From the NCBI GenBank assembly GCA_047495785.1, contig JBLDXI010000017.1, forward strand, positions 3,596,001 to 3,660,000: a DNA stretch of 64,000 nt, read 5' to 3'. The notes below the pieces were generated by a model, which was not told where the DNA came from, did no database searches, and saw only the letters and a list, made by a program, of their open reading frames with translations. Shown here piece after piece: positions 62,101 to 64,000 of this stretch. The stretch comes from Lepidodermella squamata. Lineage: Eukaryota > Animalia > Gastrotricha. Made by a program: the position numbers and the translations under genes. How positions within the stretch are numbered: the stretch's first letter is position 1; the number at the start of each line of letters is the position of its first letter.

Positions 62101-63802
62101 TTCATATTTTATACTGCCACTACGAGTTTCTACAACACAGATAATTCACATGCCTTTAGAGACACCTGGCAATTACCAGCCTTAGTCTCTCTACCGTTGG
62201 CCCGTGACTATCGGAACAGCGACAGGTGAAAAATAAATGGATGATACAGAAATCTCCACTAACAAACCTGTTTATTTTCACCGTAAAAGAACCACTTGTC
62301 GATCCAGCATTTTGTCAATTTATCGGCCATTTGCTCACTGCACTGTAGCCGCTCAGTAATTGTACTCTGTAGGCCTAATCCCGAGTCCTGTAACGCAAAA
62401 AACTGTCTTATCCGAATGAAACTCAATACTAACACTAACCAAGTGAGTTTTCGCTAAAATTTCTCGCAGACGATAAATTTCTTGCCGAAGTTCGCGAATT
62501 AGTCTGACATTTGGATCCTAATTCGATCGATGAAAAACAACGTTATAACAGCAAATAAACATTTTTGCGGATCTACCTCATTCACAGAGGGAATATTAAC
62601 GATTGCTTTAGCTCGTTGAGCGTACAGAAGAGTGCTGAGCGATTCTGTGTAGTTCGACGAGGCTGGCGATATGGCTATTGTTTTTCAGAGAAATATTTTC
62701 ACATTCTTGAAGTTTCGGCGTTTACTTACTAGCGACCATGACGGTTTTCGCTGAACCGCCCAGTGATCCCCGCAGAAGCCAAGTTAGAACAGAATCGCGA
62801 TACGGAATAAACGTGGGCCGCTGTGGTTGTTGACGCGCCGGCGACGACATGTAACCGGAACTACTCGACGCCGTAGCGATCGAATCCAAGTCGGTTGGAC
62901 TGCTATTAGCGCCCCGCTCGGCTATAACGGCGTAAACATGAAAATAAACAAACTGATGAGTGTCACAATGTTAAACACTTACCCAACGCCGTAATTACAT
63001 TTCCGAGCGTTATTAGCGAGCGATTAATATTGCTGCCTTCTTTCATCCGCTCTTTCGTGTAAACTTCGTTTGGCGAGCCTCGCTCGGATCCCGCTAAATC
63101 GACCAAATTAACACGACTCACCATTTCAGAAGGCAGGCCATCGACGATTGACGCCTGGCTGAATGTTATCTGAGCAACGGGCAAATATAAAATAAGCCAT
63201 AAATAAGCAAATATGGGATCAACCTGAAAGATGGCATGACTCCGACTGCTGTATGCATGCATGTGAGTCGCGGCGGTTATCCTAACAAAAATTAAGGCGA
63301 AATTACGTATGCTTTTCTTCCACTTGTCGAATTAACCTTCTCTGATTTCCCTTGTCAATCAATTTCCGAATTTCATTCAAATCACGAACAACGAAAGTAG
63401 ATAAATCTGTAATTGACGAAAAACTCAATGAAATAGCTCAGTGAAGCTCATTGGCGAACCTTCAACAAATGGCCCGGTTTTCGGATGCTCGCGAACTTTT
63501 AGCGAAAACCTCTCTTTGCCGACCGGACTCCGCAACAGATCGCGAACGCGTTCGTTGTAAATTTCGTAGTAACTAGCTTCAACCTTGTAAGTAACAGCAG
63601 TTTCACTATCAGCAGCAGCCATCGTTTCATCGAACACGCGTGAGAAGATAACTTCACAAATGCGTGGTGTCAAGCCCGGATTTTCATTTGTTCCCATCAT
63701 TGTGAACGTTTTTCCTGTTCCGGTTTGACCGTACGCGAACAGGCAAGCGTCATAACCATCGAACGCCGACTGCAAGATGTCAAGCCCCAAATCCTGGAAC
63801 AC
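59148..63802 (-). CDS. STARD9: Kinesin-3 motor and FHA domain, STARD9/KIF16A-like; 5' end lies beyond the window
   Basis: [35 protein letters not shown] and [38 protein letters not shown] are closest to STARD9 ([19 protein letters not shown]). FHA domain LPHL|[21 protein letters not shown]...[11 protein letters not shown]...[20 protein letters not shown] spans exons at about 61337-61259, 61013-60910, 59415-59278 and 59221-59148. Confidence 0.85.
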
Positions 63803-64000
63803 CTGAGGAAAGACAATGGATTTTCATGTTGTATTTGCAATTTTAGCTCAGTTTTGTTTACAACTCATCGCGGATGCCGCGATGGCCGAAATAATCAAAA
63901 ATTAATCAAGTCAAAACGAACTTGCGCCCTTGCATTACTTCATAACGTAAAAGCTCACTGATGTCGTGCGATGCATCCCTCTAGCATCGAGGCTGCACGC

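Noticed and set aside
1-64000. Prokaryote-type features (CRISPR arrays, rRNA, IS elements) and non-canonical splicing or genetic code
   Set aside because: The sequence is clearly eukaryotic. No repeat-spacer arrays or rRNA were seen, all introns I resolved are GT-AG, and conserved proteins translate correctly with the standard code.

Overview
Gene-dense window from a compact animal genome with canonical GT-AG introns, most of them about 50-60 nt. I assembled the gene models by hand from splice signals and reading-frame continuity, so family calls come from recalled motifs, not database searches. Left to right: a partial secreted MANSC-domain gene missed by the ORF track (-); a CPI-17/PPP1R14-type PP1 inhibitor (+); CCDC124 (-); 63 bp upstream of it, a retropepsin-fold gene whose catalytic DTG reads NTS (-); a short KIF4 chromokinesin (+); PHLDB/LL5 (+); dynamitin DCTN2 (-); RIF1 (-); a 128-bp MITE; AF10/MLLT10 (+); PEMT (-); and a STARD9/KIF16A-like kinesin-3 locus (-) that runs off the right edge. 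That last locus is the most striking. It has a 13.7-kb single exon encoding a disordered tail with RSRSxSP repeats, two Cys clusters and many LC8-type motifs, and no START domain at its C-terminus. It also has an internal first exon starting MGCQLSSCC (myristoylation/palmitoylation signal), which could give a motor-less, membrane-anchored protein of about 5,200 aa.
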